Translations under genes and position numbers: made by a program | IMG/VR virus record: IMGVR_UViG_3300028048_001497 | Span: 96,001 to 160,000 of that record | Reading direction: 5' to 3' (one strand) | Source: a virus | Taxonomy: Duplodnaviria; Caudoviricetes | Length of the DNA stretch: 64,000 nucleotides | Shown: piece after piece, positions 17,918 to 29,300 of the stretch | How the letters are laid out: every line of letters begins with the position of its first letter | Numbering within the stretch: the stretch's first letter is position 1 | Notes under the pieces: generated by a model | Told to the model about the DNA's origin: nothing | Database searches by the model: none | The model's input: the letters and a program-made list of their open reading frames with translations, nothing else

Positions 17918-20900
17918 ATGGCTGAACAGATTGTTACATTATCTGATACACAGATAGAACAAACAAAAGAAAAGTTTGAAAAACTTACAAAAGAAATTAA
18001 TCATTTTAATGAACAATTAAATACATTAGTACAAAAATCTTTTGATAACAATAAATTCCAAGAATTATCGGTTGTAATTGAAAAAGTAGCACAGATGAAA
18101 AACAATCAGCAGGAATTTATGGATTTGTTGATGTCTGATTTGTCAGATAAAAGTTTACAACCATTATATGATGGATTAATCAATCAACGTAATATAGCTT
18201 TAACTATTATTTCTAGGATTGGCAAAATTAATGAAAAATCATCAAAGAGTTTAGACGATTTTACAAAGAATGTTGTTGATACATTAACAAAAATTTCTGA
18301 TGATTTTGCTAAAAACGTTGAAGATACAACAGATGTAATTCAAAATTTATCTTCTAATTTTAAAACAAAAGAAGATAAAATTTTAATAGACAGAAAAGTT
18401 TTTTTGAATACAATGCTACAAATGTATTCAGATTTAAAACAAGTTGATATTGCAAAACTTGATGCTTTAACAAATCTTAATGAAGAAGCAGCTAATAAAG
18501 TTATTAATAGATATTCTGGTCAGTCAAAAGCTAAATTAACCAATTTAATTAAGCGTGTTACAGAAGAAGTTAATCAAACTGTTCGAGATAATACTGTTAC
18601 AGATGGTTCTTTAAGTTTACTTGCACAAATAAAAGAAATTCGAGAATTAAATATTAATAATTCAGGTGACGTTAGAGACGTAACTAGAATGAGTAATATT
18701 TTGACTCGTTTAGCAGATGTTAATAAAGACAATCTGGAACAAAGAAAAAATGGATTACTTAGTTCTGTTTCATCTGGTAATTTTTCTGATTTTGCAAAAA
18801 TAGATAAATTTGTTACATTATCTACAGAAAAAGCAACCAAAAATATGCAAGAAATTGTATCTATGAGTGAATCCATTAGTAATAGTAATCCTGATAATCC
18901 AACTGTTGCAAAAATAAATAATGATAAAATAGTACCACAAATTCAAACTTTGATAGAAGATGTTTATAAAGCAAATTCGGAAGTTTTAACCTCTGCTATA
19001 ACAGAATTTGGCAATCAATTTGACGAAGAAGCACATGGTAATGATGAAACTCATTATAATAATGTTCAAGCATTAAATTTGTCTAATGCTTTTACTATGT
19101 CAAGAACATCAAATTATAATAATTTCCGTTTTAATAATGCTTTCAATGGCATGTTTTCTTCTGATACAGAATTAAATCAATTATACAACAATTATAACAG
19201 AAGTACATATGTCTATAATAATGAGATTAAAAGTATATTAAGTAATGAAGAAAACACATCAAAAAAATATGGTATAGATAAAAATGATTTATTGTTGAAT
19301 GATATAAAATCAGGGAGATTATCTTACGGATTAGGGAGTAGCAATCAAAATCTAATACAATTATCTCACGAATTTAATCAACGTAAATTATCTGGAGCAA
19401 ATAAACATGATGAAGAAACTGCTAAAGACATGAGTAAGATGTTGGCAGAAGCTATTCATCAAACGTATCAACAGATATATGTTACTTCTCGTTTTGACCC
19501 AGATTCTAAATTATTAAAAACATTAAAAGAACAAGCAAAACAATTAGAAGAAGAAAAAAATGATTTAGACGAAAGTATCAAGAACAAAGAACTGCAAAAA
19601 CACCATAGTTTATTTAAAGATATAAAAAGTGTAGCAGGATTTTTTGGTAAAGCACTTGCTTTAATGGGGCTAGGTGGACTATTTTCTATTCATAGTTGGA
19701 TGGATAAGATTAAAAATAGAGCCAATGCTAATGGTGAAATGTTGTATAACAACTATTTAGCAAATGCTTCTATTGGTGCTCCCATGTCTCAAAATGCGAA
19801 TGAACTTGTATTTGGATTGGGACAAAATCTTTATACTGCTTCTTATGGACAAATAGATTTTGGTGTTCCATCAGCATTTTATAGAAGTTTAGCTGGTTCT
19901 ATATTAGGTGGTCAAGGTGGACAAAAAGCAAGTGATTTAATGAATTTTACACGTGCTTTTGTTGTACCGTCACAATTATATGGAATTGATGCAGGTACAT
20001 TTTCACAAGGGATAAATGCGTTTTATTACGAAAATCGCATGTCTGCAAAAGAAACGATTGGTATGATGTATCGTGTTATGGCAGACGCTAAAAAAGCACA
20101 AATACCAATTAATCAATACATGAATCTTATTTCGCAGATGGTAACTCAATATAGAACATTAGGTTATAACGGAAAACAAACTGTTGATAACATGAGTTAC
20201 ATGATTGCAGAAGGTTATCGTGCAGAAGATGCAAAATCTTTTATTGGACAGATGTATGATGCACAACAAAACTTTTCTGCAAATTTATATAATTCTGTCT
20301 ATTCTGTTATTGGCGGTGGCGCGGATAACATGTGGCAGGGTATGTATGCTAATTTAAAAACTGTAGATAGATTTGGTAATCCATATAAAGATAGACAAAA
20401 ATATGTTGGTTCTCAAATGTTAGCTAAATTGCATATGGTTACAGATATGTTTGACAATCCTATTATGAAACAATTTGGTGCATATCAGGTAACTAAAGGA
20501 ATGGGTTTGAATATGAAAAATTCAGATGCTATTCTATATGCGATAGAAGATGGTGATGAATCAAAACTTGAAACACTTTTTGAAGGAGCACAACAAGACG
20601 AATTAAGCAAAAATCAAGCTGCAACAGAAGCTACTAAAGGTTTCACGCAGGAATTACAACAAGCGTCTAGCTTATTGTCAGAAACACAAAAGAATAAAGC
20701 AGAAATGATGGCTTCTGCTAATAAATTATCTGATAATTTTGTTGGTCATGGACAAGCTATGCAACAATTTGAACAGATAGCAGAAGAAGGTATCAATAAA
20801 GTAGAGCAGGTAATGGAGCAATTAATTGCTTTGGTTGGACAAATACCTGATTTAATAAAAAAATCCCCATTATTATCACAAGCATTTATGTTTGTAGGCC

Positions 20901-23900
20901 AACATCCATTTTTAACATTGGCAGGTGGTTTGGTAGGATGGTCATTATTAAAAAATGGTGCTAAACACGTTTTTAATTTTGCAAAAGAAAAAGCATTTGG
21001 TCATTGGAATGATGTAAAACATAAAGATGTAACAGACGAAGTTAAAGAAACTACACCGTCTGAAACAAAAACATTAAAAGAAGAAACCCCAAAATTAAAC
21101 AATAATAAAGGTTTCTTTAATAATATGAAATCCAGATTAGCGGATTGGAAACCAAAGTCATTTAATAGTAAATCATTATCTAGTTTAACAAAGAAAATCC
21201 CACATAAGGGATTGATGGGTGTTGTTGGAACAGGTATGACATTAGGGGCTATGTTATTGGGAAGTTCTTCTAGTGCTTCTGCAAATCCTTCTGAACAGGG
21301 GGACGAGAATCAATCAGAAGAACAAGATGATGAACAAAGCATAAATTCTATGTATATTATGTTCAAAACTGGTAATTCAAAAGTTACTTTCTATAACAAA
21401 GACGGTAAATTAATTGATGTAACAGGAAGAACAGGCATTGAATCGTGGTTAATGCAAAATGGATTTAGTTTGTTTAGTGCATTAACTGTTGCTACTGCTG
21501 CAGGTGCTAGTGGAAAATTTGCATATGACAAACTTAAACAGTTTAAAGAAGCAAAATTTCCAAAATTTCCTAGTGTAAAAATGCCAAAAGAAATATCTGA
21601 AAAAGATATACAAAATACAGAAAAATTAGCTAATCCATCAACAAAACCATCAATGCTAGATGCAACTCTTACTTTTTTGGGTTTAAAACCGGGTTCTGAA
21701 AAAGGTAAACCAAAAGGAAAAGAAAAATTATCTGAAAAAGAAAAAGTACCAAAAGAAAGTAATTGGTCTAAATGGGGTGGAAGATTATTTAATTTCCTTA
21801 CTGTTGCTGGTTCAGTTGGTAGTGAATTATTATCTGATGATGATAGAACAACAGGACAAAAAGTTGTAGCAGGTGGAATAGAAGCAGGTACGGAATTAGC
21901 TACATATAAAGTTTTGGATAAAACAGTAGGTAGAATACCGTATATTGGCAAACCATTAGCTTTATTATTGCCTTTTGCTGATTCTTTATCAGGTACTAAT
22001 ATAATGTCTAAAATATCAGAAAAAGCAAAGGCATTTGCAGGTGTACAGGCTAAATATAAATCTGGTAATGAAATGTTCCTTGATGCAATGAATAATCAAA
22101 CAGGAATGACAGGTGCAAGTTTTGAGAAATTAATTCATTCTGAAACTGCGCAAGGTAATTATTTTAGAAGTTATTTATCTGCAAACGGTATTGAATATGA
22201 CAAATTAAATGAACAAGAAAAATTATTCTTTAAATTGCAGATGGATGAATTAGCATTTGTGCAACAAAGTGTTGCTAAAGTTCTTGCATTAGCTATTATT
22301 GCATTAAAAAATGCACAAATATCAGGTAATTTTAATTTAAATGATGATGACGATTCTATCTTTAAAAAAGATGGAAAGAAATTAAAAGATGATATTATTC
22401 AAAAAATAAAACAAGATGCTCAAGATTCATTTCCAGAAGGTGGTCATGATTTTGAGAATATTAATCAAGCTGCACATTTTGTAAAATATGGTCAACGTTT
22501 ATATGAAAAATTAAACGATGAAGGGTATGATTCTGAAAAATTAAATCAATTAGCAAGTGCGATTACTTATGCTAAATATAGCGTTTGGGCTATGAATGGT
22601 TTTCAAGATTATGATTTGGATTATTATGGAACAACATGGACAATTACGAACCCATATGAAGATGATTCTTCTGATAGAACTGAAAGCGAAGATATTGCAG
22701 ATACCACCTATTCTGGAGGTATAACACCGGTACTTAAAGAAATTTGGGATAGGTGTCATGGAAAATCTTCGGAAGAAATATCTCGTGAACAAGCTCAAAA
22801 AATTAAAGAAGATTTACAAGAACAGTATGGCGAAACAATTGCAGAACAAATATCAAGTGGATATAATAATTTAATTTTTGCTGGTTGGGTTGGTCCTGTA
22901 AAAAAACAATATATGACTGAATATGCACAAGAAAAAATGGAAAATCCTGATAATATGGAAGATGATACACAACAAAATTCAAATCAAGCTCCAGATTTTT
23001 CAAATGCGAATGCTGGAGCATATGCAAGTATGGTAGAACAAGCTAAAATGATTTCTCAATTAACTGGTTTACCAGCAGATATAATATTTGCGCAATTAGC
23101 ATTTGAAACAGGTCAAAATCCATCTGATATGGCATATTCTGATAAAATTCATAATTATGGTGGGACTACTGTTGATATGGGGCATGGAAAAAATGATAGT
23201 GGCTTTGGTATTTATGTAAACAATAAAGAGGGCGCAGAAGCATATGTAAAAGGTACAGTCCCAGTTAGAGACCAATTACCACAATTAAAGGAAGCAATCG
23301 CACAAGGCGATTTGAAAAAATATGTACATTTATTAAAATATGGTATGGAAGAGTCTGGTAAAGGAAATTATCAATATTTTACTGGCGATGAAAATGAATA
23401 TTTAAATGGTATAATGTCTTATTTATCATTAGCTCATAAATTAGGATTGAATGGTGTAACACCTAATGGTACATTTAATTTTTCAAATTATACTCCTAGA
23501 ACTTTAAAAGAACAAAGTGATAAAGCATGGGAAGATTATAGAAAAGCAGTTGGGAATGGAAAAAAAATAAGCGGTTATTTGGTCAATGGTATTTACATTG
23601 ATACAAGTAGGCAATATCAATCTGTTGAAGAACAAGGTAAAAAATTACGTGAAGCTATGAGGGATGGTTCTTATTATACAGACCCACAAAAAGTATATCA
23701 AGAATTAGACGAACTAAACAAGAAAAATGCAAAGAAAATTGTTGAAGATACTAATACTCAAATCAAAAAACAACAAGAAAGTCAAAAACAAATACAAGAA
23801 ATGGCAAAAAAAGAAGCAGATGCAAAAAAACAACAACAGGAACAAGAAAATAAAGATAAGACTGTTTGTAGTTTGTCTGTTATGGGTACATTAAAACAAG

Positions 23901-23992
23901 GAATAGAATTAGAACAAGTATTAGATGTTATTAAAGCTATTGCGCAAGCAGACGGATTTAATACTGATACGAAAATGGTTCAACAGGGGTAA
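17918..23992 (+). CDS. Tape-measure-like protein 3 (2024 aa) with GH73/glucosaminidase-like domain
   Basis: Core paralogous to proteins 1 and 2. IIFAQLAFETG...HNYGG...YFTG near the C-terminus. Confidence 0.75.
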   Translation: MAEQIVTLSDTQIEQTKEKFEKLTKEINHFNEQLNTLVQKSFDNNKFQELSVVIEKVAQMKNNQQEFMDLLMSDLSDKSLQPLYDGLINQRNIALTIISRIGKINEKSSKSLDDFTKNVVDTLTKISDDFAKNVEDTTDVIQNLSSNFKTKEDKILIDRKVFLNTMLQMYSDLKQVDIAKLDALTNLNEEAANKVINRYSGQSKAKLTNLIKRVTEEVNQTVRDNTVTDGSLSLLAQIKEIRELNINNSGDVRDVTRMSNILTRLADVNKDNLEQRKNGLLSSVSSGNFSDFAKIDKFVTLSTEKATKNMQEIVSMSESISNSNPDNPTVAKINNDKIVPQIQTLIEDVYKANSEVLTSAITEFGNQFDEEAHGNDETHYNNVQALNLSNAFTMSRTSNYNNFRFNNAFNGMFSSDTELNQLYNNYNRSTYVYNNEIKSILSNEENTSKKYGIDKNDLLLNDIKSGRLSYGLGSSNQNLIQLSHEFNQRKLSGANKHDEETAKDMSKMLAEAIHQTYQQIYVTSRFDPDSKLLKTLKEQAKQLEEEKNDLDESIKNKELQKHHSLFKDIKSVAGFFGKALALMGLGGLFSIHSWMDKIKNRANANGEMLYNNYLANASIGAPMSQNANELVFGLGQNLYTASYGQIDFGVPSAFYRSLAGSILGGQGGQKASDLMNFTRAFVVPSQLYGIDAGTFSQGINAFYYENRMSAKETIGMMYRVMADAKKAQIPINQYMNLISQMVTQYRTLGYNGKQTVDNMSYMIAEGYRAEDAKSFIGQMYDAQQNFSANLYNSVYSVIGGGADNMWQGMYANLKTVDRFGNPYKDRQKYVGSQMLAKLHMVTDMFDNPIMKQFGAYQVTKGMGLNMKNSDAILYAIEDGDESKLETLFEGAQQDELSKNQAATEATKGFTQELQQASSLLSETQKNKAEMMASANKLSDNFVGHGQAMQQFEQIAEEGINKVEQVMEQLIALVGQIPDLIKKSPLLSQAFMFVGQHPFLTLAGGLVGWSLLKNGAKHVFNFAKEKAFGHWNDVKHKDVTDEVKETTPSETKTLKEETPKLNNNKGFFNNMKSRLADWKPKSFNSKSLSSLTKKIPHKGLMGVVGTGMTLGAMLLGSSSSASANPSEQGDENQSEEQDDEQSINSMYIMFKTGNSKVTFYNKDGKLIDVTGRTGIESWLMQNGFSLFSALTVATAAGASGKFAYDKLKQFKEAKFPKFPSVKMPKEISEKDIQNTEKLANPSTKPSMLDATLTFLGLKPGSEKGKPKGKEKLSEKEKVPKESNWSKWGGRLFNFLTVAGSVGSELLSDDDRTTGQKVVAGGIEAGTELATYKVLDKTVGRIPYIGKPLALLLPFADSLSGTNIMSKISEKAKAFAGVQAKYKSGNEMFLDAMNNQTGMTGASFEKLIHSETAQGNYFRSYLSANGIEYDKLNEQEKLFFKLQMDELAFVQQSVAKVLALAIIALKNAQISGNFNLNDDDDSIFKKDGKKLKDDIIQKIKQDAQDSFPEGGHDFENINQAAHFVKYGQRLYEKLNDEGYDSEKLNQLASAITYAKYSVWAMNGFQDYDLDYYGTTWTITNPYEDDSSDRTESEDIADTTYSGGITPVLKEIWDRCHGKSSEEISREQAQKIKEDLQEQYGETIAEQISSGYNNLIFAGWVGPVKKQYMTEYAQEKMENPDNMEDDTQQNSNQAPDFSNANAGAYASMVEQAKMISQLTGLPADIIFAQLAFETGQNPSDMAYSDKIHNYGGTTVDMGHGKNDSGFGIYVNNKEGAEAYVKGTVPVRDQLPQLKEAIAQGDLKKYVHLLKYGMEESGKGNYQYFTGDENEYLNGIMSYLSLAHKLGLNGVTPNGTFNFSNYTPRTLKEQSDKAWEDYRKAVGNGKKISGYLVNGIYIDTSRQYQSVEEQGKKLREAMRDGSYYTDPQKVYQELDELNKKNAKKIVEDTNTQIKKQQESQKQIQEMAKKEADAKKQQQEQENKDKTVCSLSVMGTLKQGIELEQVLDVIKAIAQADGFNTDTKMVQQG

Positions 23993-24055
23993 TCATTATT
24001 TTAATAATGATTACTTTTATTTTTTTATTAGAGAAACTTTATGGTGGTGAATAAA

Positions 24056-26245
24056 ATGGCAATTATGGTTGGCGGAGGTTTTGGTGGTTTTCAATCGTCT
24101 AGTTCTGGTACTACATTTAGTGGTGGTAGTGGTTTGGGGCGAGATTTACAATCCCCAATAGATTCAATAGATTCTTCTACAACAGGGACTACATTTTCAG
24201 GAGGGGCTACATTTCCAAGTAAAAGTAATGATGGTACATCTACATCATCAACAGGAATAACAAGTCACCCTGGTAGTGAAAGAGTTTGGAAAACAGTAGG
24301 TACTGCGGTTTTAAGTGGTGTATTAGGTAAACAATTTAATAAAGTTATAGGAAAATTAACAGGCCAAAAACAACAAGACTATAGTATGGAAGGTGCGCCT
24401 ATTGATATACCAGGTACATTGATGGGTAATTTAAAAAATGTACAAGGTACAAAAACATATTTAAATAATTATGCTCGTTATAATAATTATTTAACATGTA
24501 ATTTGGGTATGGCACAAATGGCTTCTGATAGATATATGTCTATTAAAGAACGTATACCTATGTCTTTTGAATATTATGAAACTCCAAAAAAGAAAAAAGA
24601 AGTTGTTATGTATATTAACCCTGAAAACATGACAATTAGTACATCAAAAATAAAACAGAAAGTTATTACTCGTGGAGGAATATATTTTCATCATTACGGT
24701 GATGATGTATGGAGTATGAAATTGTCAGGTACAGTTGGTTATGCGCAAATGCGTGGTATAGAAGCGTTGGAAGAAATATATTTTCATTCAGGGGCATTAT
24801 TAAAATATAACCATATTGCGGTAGATACAGTACATACGAACAAAATTACATCTGCCACAAGCAGTTCTATTAGTGATAGATTAGAAGAATTAAGAAAAAC
24901 TGGGCCAATAGGTAATTATCTTGCAAAAGTAATTGGTACTGCTACAGATGCTTTAGGGTATACACAAGGTAAAGATGGGAAATCGGATAATAGCTTAGTT
25001 ACCAAATTAGGTAAGCATGGTGGTCTATTGGGTAAAATTTTCAATAATAAAAAATCTAGTGAACAAAGCGGTAAAGAATTATTTGCTTGTTTAGCTAATT
25101 CTAGTAAAAATTTACAAGATGGTATTAACAATAAAGCTAAACGTAAAAAAGCTGGTGGTATTTCTCGAAAAGAAGTACAAGAATTAATGGCAGTAGGCTC
25201 ATTAATTACAGGTAAACCAACACAACAAAAGGCTATGTTTAATAGTATTTTTGCTAATCTAAAAAATACTATGGGTAACTTTTGTAGTAAAAGTATATTA
25301 GGCGCAATAGCAGCAGATATGACCGAAACATTAAGTACAGGTAAATCTTCTAATCAAAAGATGATGGATTTAATGGGTTTATTAAATAGTGGAACAAAAG
25401 ATTTTTTCCAAAGCACATTAGATGTATTAACAGGACATGGTTCAGATACAGATACAGGTACTTCTATTGCTCCTTCATCTGCAATTAATGGTAATTATTA
25501 TTCATTTGATATAAATTCTCGTATGGATTTAAATAATGTGGTTAGAACAGTTGCTTCTTATGGCGCAGACCATACTATTGATAAAAAACAGGCATATGAA
25601 CAGTATAAAGATTTAGAGGGAGAATTGACAGACCGATATCGCCCACGTCAAATTATTATGTATTTTGATGATAGAGTATATATTGGTCATTTTGATAGTT
25701 TTAACTATAGCAGAAAAGCTACGACACCATTAATTTATTATGATATGACTTTTACTATTACGAGACAAATTAAAATTACACCAAAATCATTGTATAAGAA
25801 TAAGAATAAATCTTCTTTAGGCGATTTGCTAGGAATGATGGTAGCAGGACAAGTATTTGGCGGATTTGGTGATGGAACAGATACAGGTTCTTCATCGAAT
25901 AATAAAAAAGATAGAAAAAAAGACAATAGTAAAGGTTCTTCTTCTACTACTACTAAAACTGGAACAAAATCTTCTAGTGGAATAGATTATAAAGATTCTG
26001 CTTATGATAGTATTTATGAATATGAGAAAAATGCACAATATTATGAAGCACATGGCGAAACATCAAGAGCAGGGATTTATCATGAAATGGCACACCAACA
26101 AGCTATGTTAAAAGGTAATGGATTGAATTATTCTAGGTCAAATGTAAATACTGCTGAAAAATTGGTTGATGATGTAATGAGAGGACATGGTGAACCAAGA
26201 AGCTATGACTTAAAAATTAAAGAAAGTAAAATTCATGAAGATTAA
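24056..26245 (+). CDS. Baseplate/tail-tube-initiator-like virion protein
   Basis: MYINPENMTIS...ITRGG...LSGTVG and YIGHFDSFNYS...YDMTFTI resemble the tube-fold pattern. Start probably 24056 after GGTGGTGA. Confidence 0.55.
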   Translation: MAIMVGGGFGGFQSSSSGTTFSGGSGLGRDLQSPIDSIDSSTTGTTFSGGATFPSKSNDGTSTSSTGITSHPGSERVWKTVGTAVLSGVLGKQFNKVIGKLTGQKQQDYSMEGAPIDIPGTLMGNLKNVQGTKTYLNNYARYNNYLTCNLGMAQMASDRYMSIKERIPMSFEYYETPKKKKEVVMYINPENMTISTSKIKQKVITRGGIYFHHYGDDVWSMKLSGTVGYAQMRGIEALEEIYFHSGALLKYNHIAVDTVHTNKITSATSSSISDRLEELRKTGPIGNYLAKVIGTATDALGYTQGKDGKSDNSLVTKLGKHGGLLGKIFNNKKSSEQSGKELFACLANSSKNLQDGINNKAKRKKAGGISRKEVQELMAVGSLITGKPTQQKAMFNSIFANLKNTMGNFCSKSILGAIAADMTETLSTGKSSNQKMMDLMGLLNSGTKDFFQSTLDVLTGHGSDTDTGTSIAPSSAINGNYYSFDINSRMDLNNVVRTVASYGADHTIDKKQAYEQYKDLEGELTDRYRPRQIIMYFDDRVYIGHFDSFNYSRKATTPLIYYDMTFTITRQIKITPKSLYKNKNKSSLGDLLGMMVAGQVFGGFGDGTDTGSSSNNKKDRKKDNSKGSSSTTTKTGTKSSSGIDYKDSAYDSIYEYEKNAQYYEAHGETSRAGIYHEMAHQQAMLKGNGLNYSRSNVNTAEKLVDDVMRGHGEPRSYDLKIKESKIHED

Positions 26246-26339
26246 TAACAATATAGAAAGAAGTATATTATTAATGTTAAAAGTACATAATAATTTTTAT
26301 CAAAGCAAAATAATATTAGTTGGAAAGTGGTGAAAATAA

Positions 26340-29300
26340 TTGAGTTCTACAAATGACACACAAAATGCATCTGAAAATTCAAAACAAGAAGCTACGGCAA
26401 AACAAAAAGATGCTAACACACAATCATCAACACCTGATAGTACTGTAAAATCACAAACTAACGGTGATGGAGATTATAATGCTGCTAAAAATGGCGGTAC
26501 TCATTCTACAGGTAATTACTATTCTAATGGTAATTTAGAAATGAGTGTTGGTAGAGACATTTTAGATGGCTCTACATTTAAAAAATACGAACACCCTGAA
26601 CGTCTTGTTGGGACACAATTACAATATCGCAATAACGGTAATATGAAAGTTATCAACTTCAAGCAAGATTATGTTGTTTTAATAAGAAAAAAGTTGTATT
26701 ATGCTGCAAATTCTGTTATGAATATGAAAACAAATGCGCATGTGCAGGATGGATATTATGTTCGTAGTTATAAGTTGGATAATTGGATAAACCTTAGAAC
26801 CAATATTAGTATTAGTGGCACACCGGGAAATTGTCAAATTTCTCTAAAGGGTGGAGAAAAAGTGTTATGTTGGGAAGAAATGTCAGTAACAAATTATGGT
26901 GTACCTGTTGTAACACAAGATTATAATGGTATGGTAAGTGATGAATTTCCTGATAATACAGCTCAAATAAAAGATGTAGCTAATAATGTTGATATGACAT
27001 CAAAGGTTAAAGACAATTCAGAAAATATTCAAAATAAAGAAGATACAGGTAATAAAAATACACAAGCTACTACAAATGCAGAAAAGGCTAAATTAGCAGA
27101 AAAAGCAGTAGATGAAGCAAAAGGTAAAGCATATAATGTAGAAACTCCACAGAATTTAGATGATAATCACACATGGACTTCTGAACTATCCGAAGATGGT
27201 ACTTTTAGAACAATTTATATAAAAAGCAAAAAACCGAATGAACAAGGTAAATATGAAGAACAAACAATTGAATTACCTGTTGGTACGTCAAAAGAACCAA
27301 ATGGCTCAAATGGTGATGTAACATTAAATAACTTAGAGTCTGGTTATAAAATAGCAGAAAAATGTGACTGGGAACCAATGGATGAAGTCTGGATTTATGG
27401 TAAATCAAATTTTGAACGTGATGCTAGTGGTGATTTCAAAATGAACCAAATATTTTTTGGTTACATTGATACAGTTACAAAATCCCATCAAGCAGGTAAA
27501 ACGGCTGGTTGTACCATTGAAATTTCTGCTACAGACCAATTGAAATTATTAGATTTGTCTTATATGACAACAAATCCGTCTATGACACCTGGTGCTAGTG
27601 GTGCTACAGGTTTGGATTTGCGTTATTCAAATCAAGATGAAAAACATTTTGGTACATTTGAAATTTTTAATCCATTTGCAGTTACACAGTTAATGGGATT
27701 GAATTGTGACGCTTCTACGGCTTCAGAAGCACAAAAAGCAGTATTGCGTAGTGCATGGCGTTACTTTACATTAACAAATGTTTTTGCAGGTAAGCCTGTT
27801 TGTGAGATTATTAAAACGCTATGCCTAGATGCAGGTATACCACCCTGGTATTTACGTGATAGACTTGAACCAATTAAATTTCCTCCATTTACATATTCAT
27901 TTAAACAAGCAGATTCTAAGTCTTTATTTAATGGACAAATGATGAAACGTTTGAATGAATGTAATGCTGCTGCAAGAAAATTAATGTTGGAATTTTTCGC
28001 TGATGAAAAAGGTAATATTGTTTTAAAATGCCCGAACTATGCTTTAGGCGTTAATTCCAAGCCTGCAAATAATATGGGACTAGAAAGCTCTACTTTACTA
28101 ATTAACAAAATAGATGTTGATAAGATAGAACCATATTATGCAGTAACAACAGGAGATACTTATGCAACAGATAATTTAAATGGTTTAACTTCTGACCAAA
28201 AAGCTAGAATTAAATATTTAAAAGCAAATTGCAATAACGTGGAACAAGTAAAACAATATTACAGAATTAGTTCTTTGGAAAAATTAACTAATATTACAGG
28301 TGATACGAAAAAAGCATCTTCTGCTTTGTCAGCAATAGATAAAAAACTATCTACGAATGAAGCAAAAACGGAACTTGCTTTTGTTAATAGTACTACCTCC
28401 TATAATAACACATATGGTAAAGCACTAGGGACAAAATCTATAGTTACTTATACTGTAAAACCTGGTGATACCTTTACAACTATAGCAAAAGCTAATTTAG
28501 GTAATGAAGATGGATGGGCAGATATATATGAACAAGCGAAAGAACAATTTGCTAATGACCCAACAGTAAATATTAAAGATAAAGATGATTGTCAAGCTAT
28601 ATATGGAAAGGTATTAAAGATAGAACTAAATCGCAGATATGGAAATAATGGATATATTAGTAAGAGTGCGCAAAGTTTAAGTGAATCCTTATCTAAGAAA
28701 TATGGTAATGATACAACCACATGGATGAATCAAGCGCAGGAAGAAGATAAAAATAACCAAGAAGAAATGAATAAGATTATGAGTGGAAAATCTGCTCAAT
28801 ATACAGAGAAAGTTCGTAAGCAATATTCAGGTACATTATCTGAAATGACAGACGCTTTAATTCCCGAAATACCACAAGAGTTTATTACATCATTCTCCTT
28901 AACTGATACAGATAAGAATATTTATAACATGTATGAAGTCAATATAGAGGGGGATTTTGGTGTATTTGATAAAGGTGGTCCACTTCAAAAGATTTCACGT
29001 GTATTCCCTGATATAGCGTCTATGATACGATTTGGTTGCAGACCATCACCGAATGTATATACTGTTCCATATATGGGTAACAAAGAAAATGCTCATCTAT
29101 TAGGATTTATGTTATCTGCTCAATCATTAGCTAGAAGAAATTCAGGTTCTTTATCTATGATAGAAGATTCTTTTATTCATGTAGGCGACCCAATTCGTTT
29201 CTTTGCCTATGATGAACACCCTGACGTTCCATTACAAGAACAATTAGGTGACGCAGTAGTGGACAATTCCGTATTAAATGAAATGTCTATGAAGAAAGAT

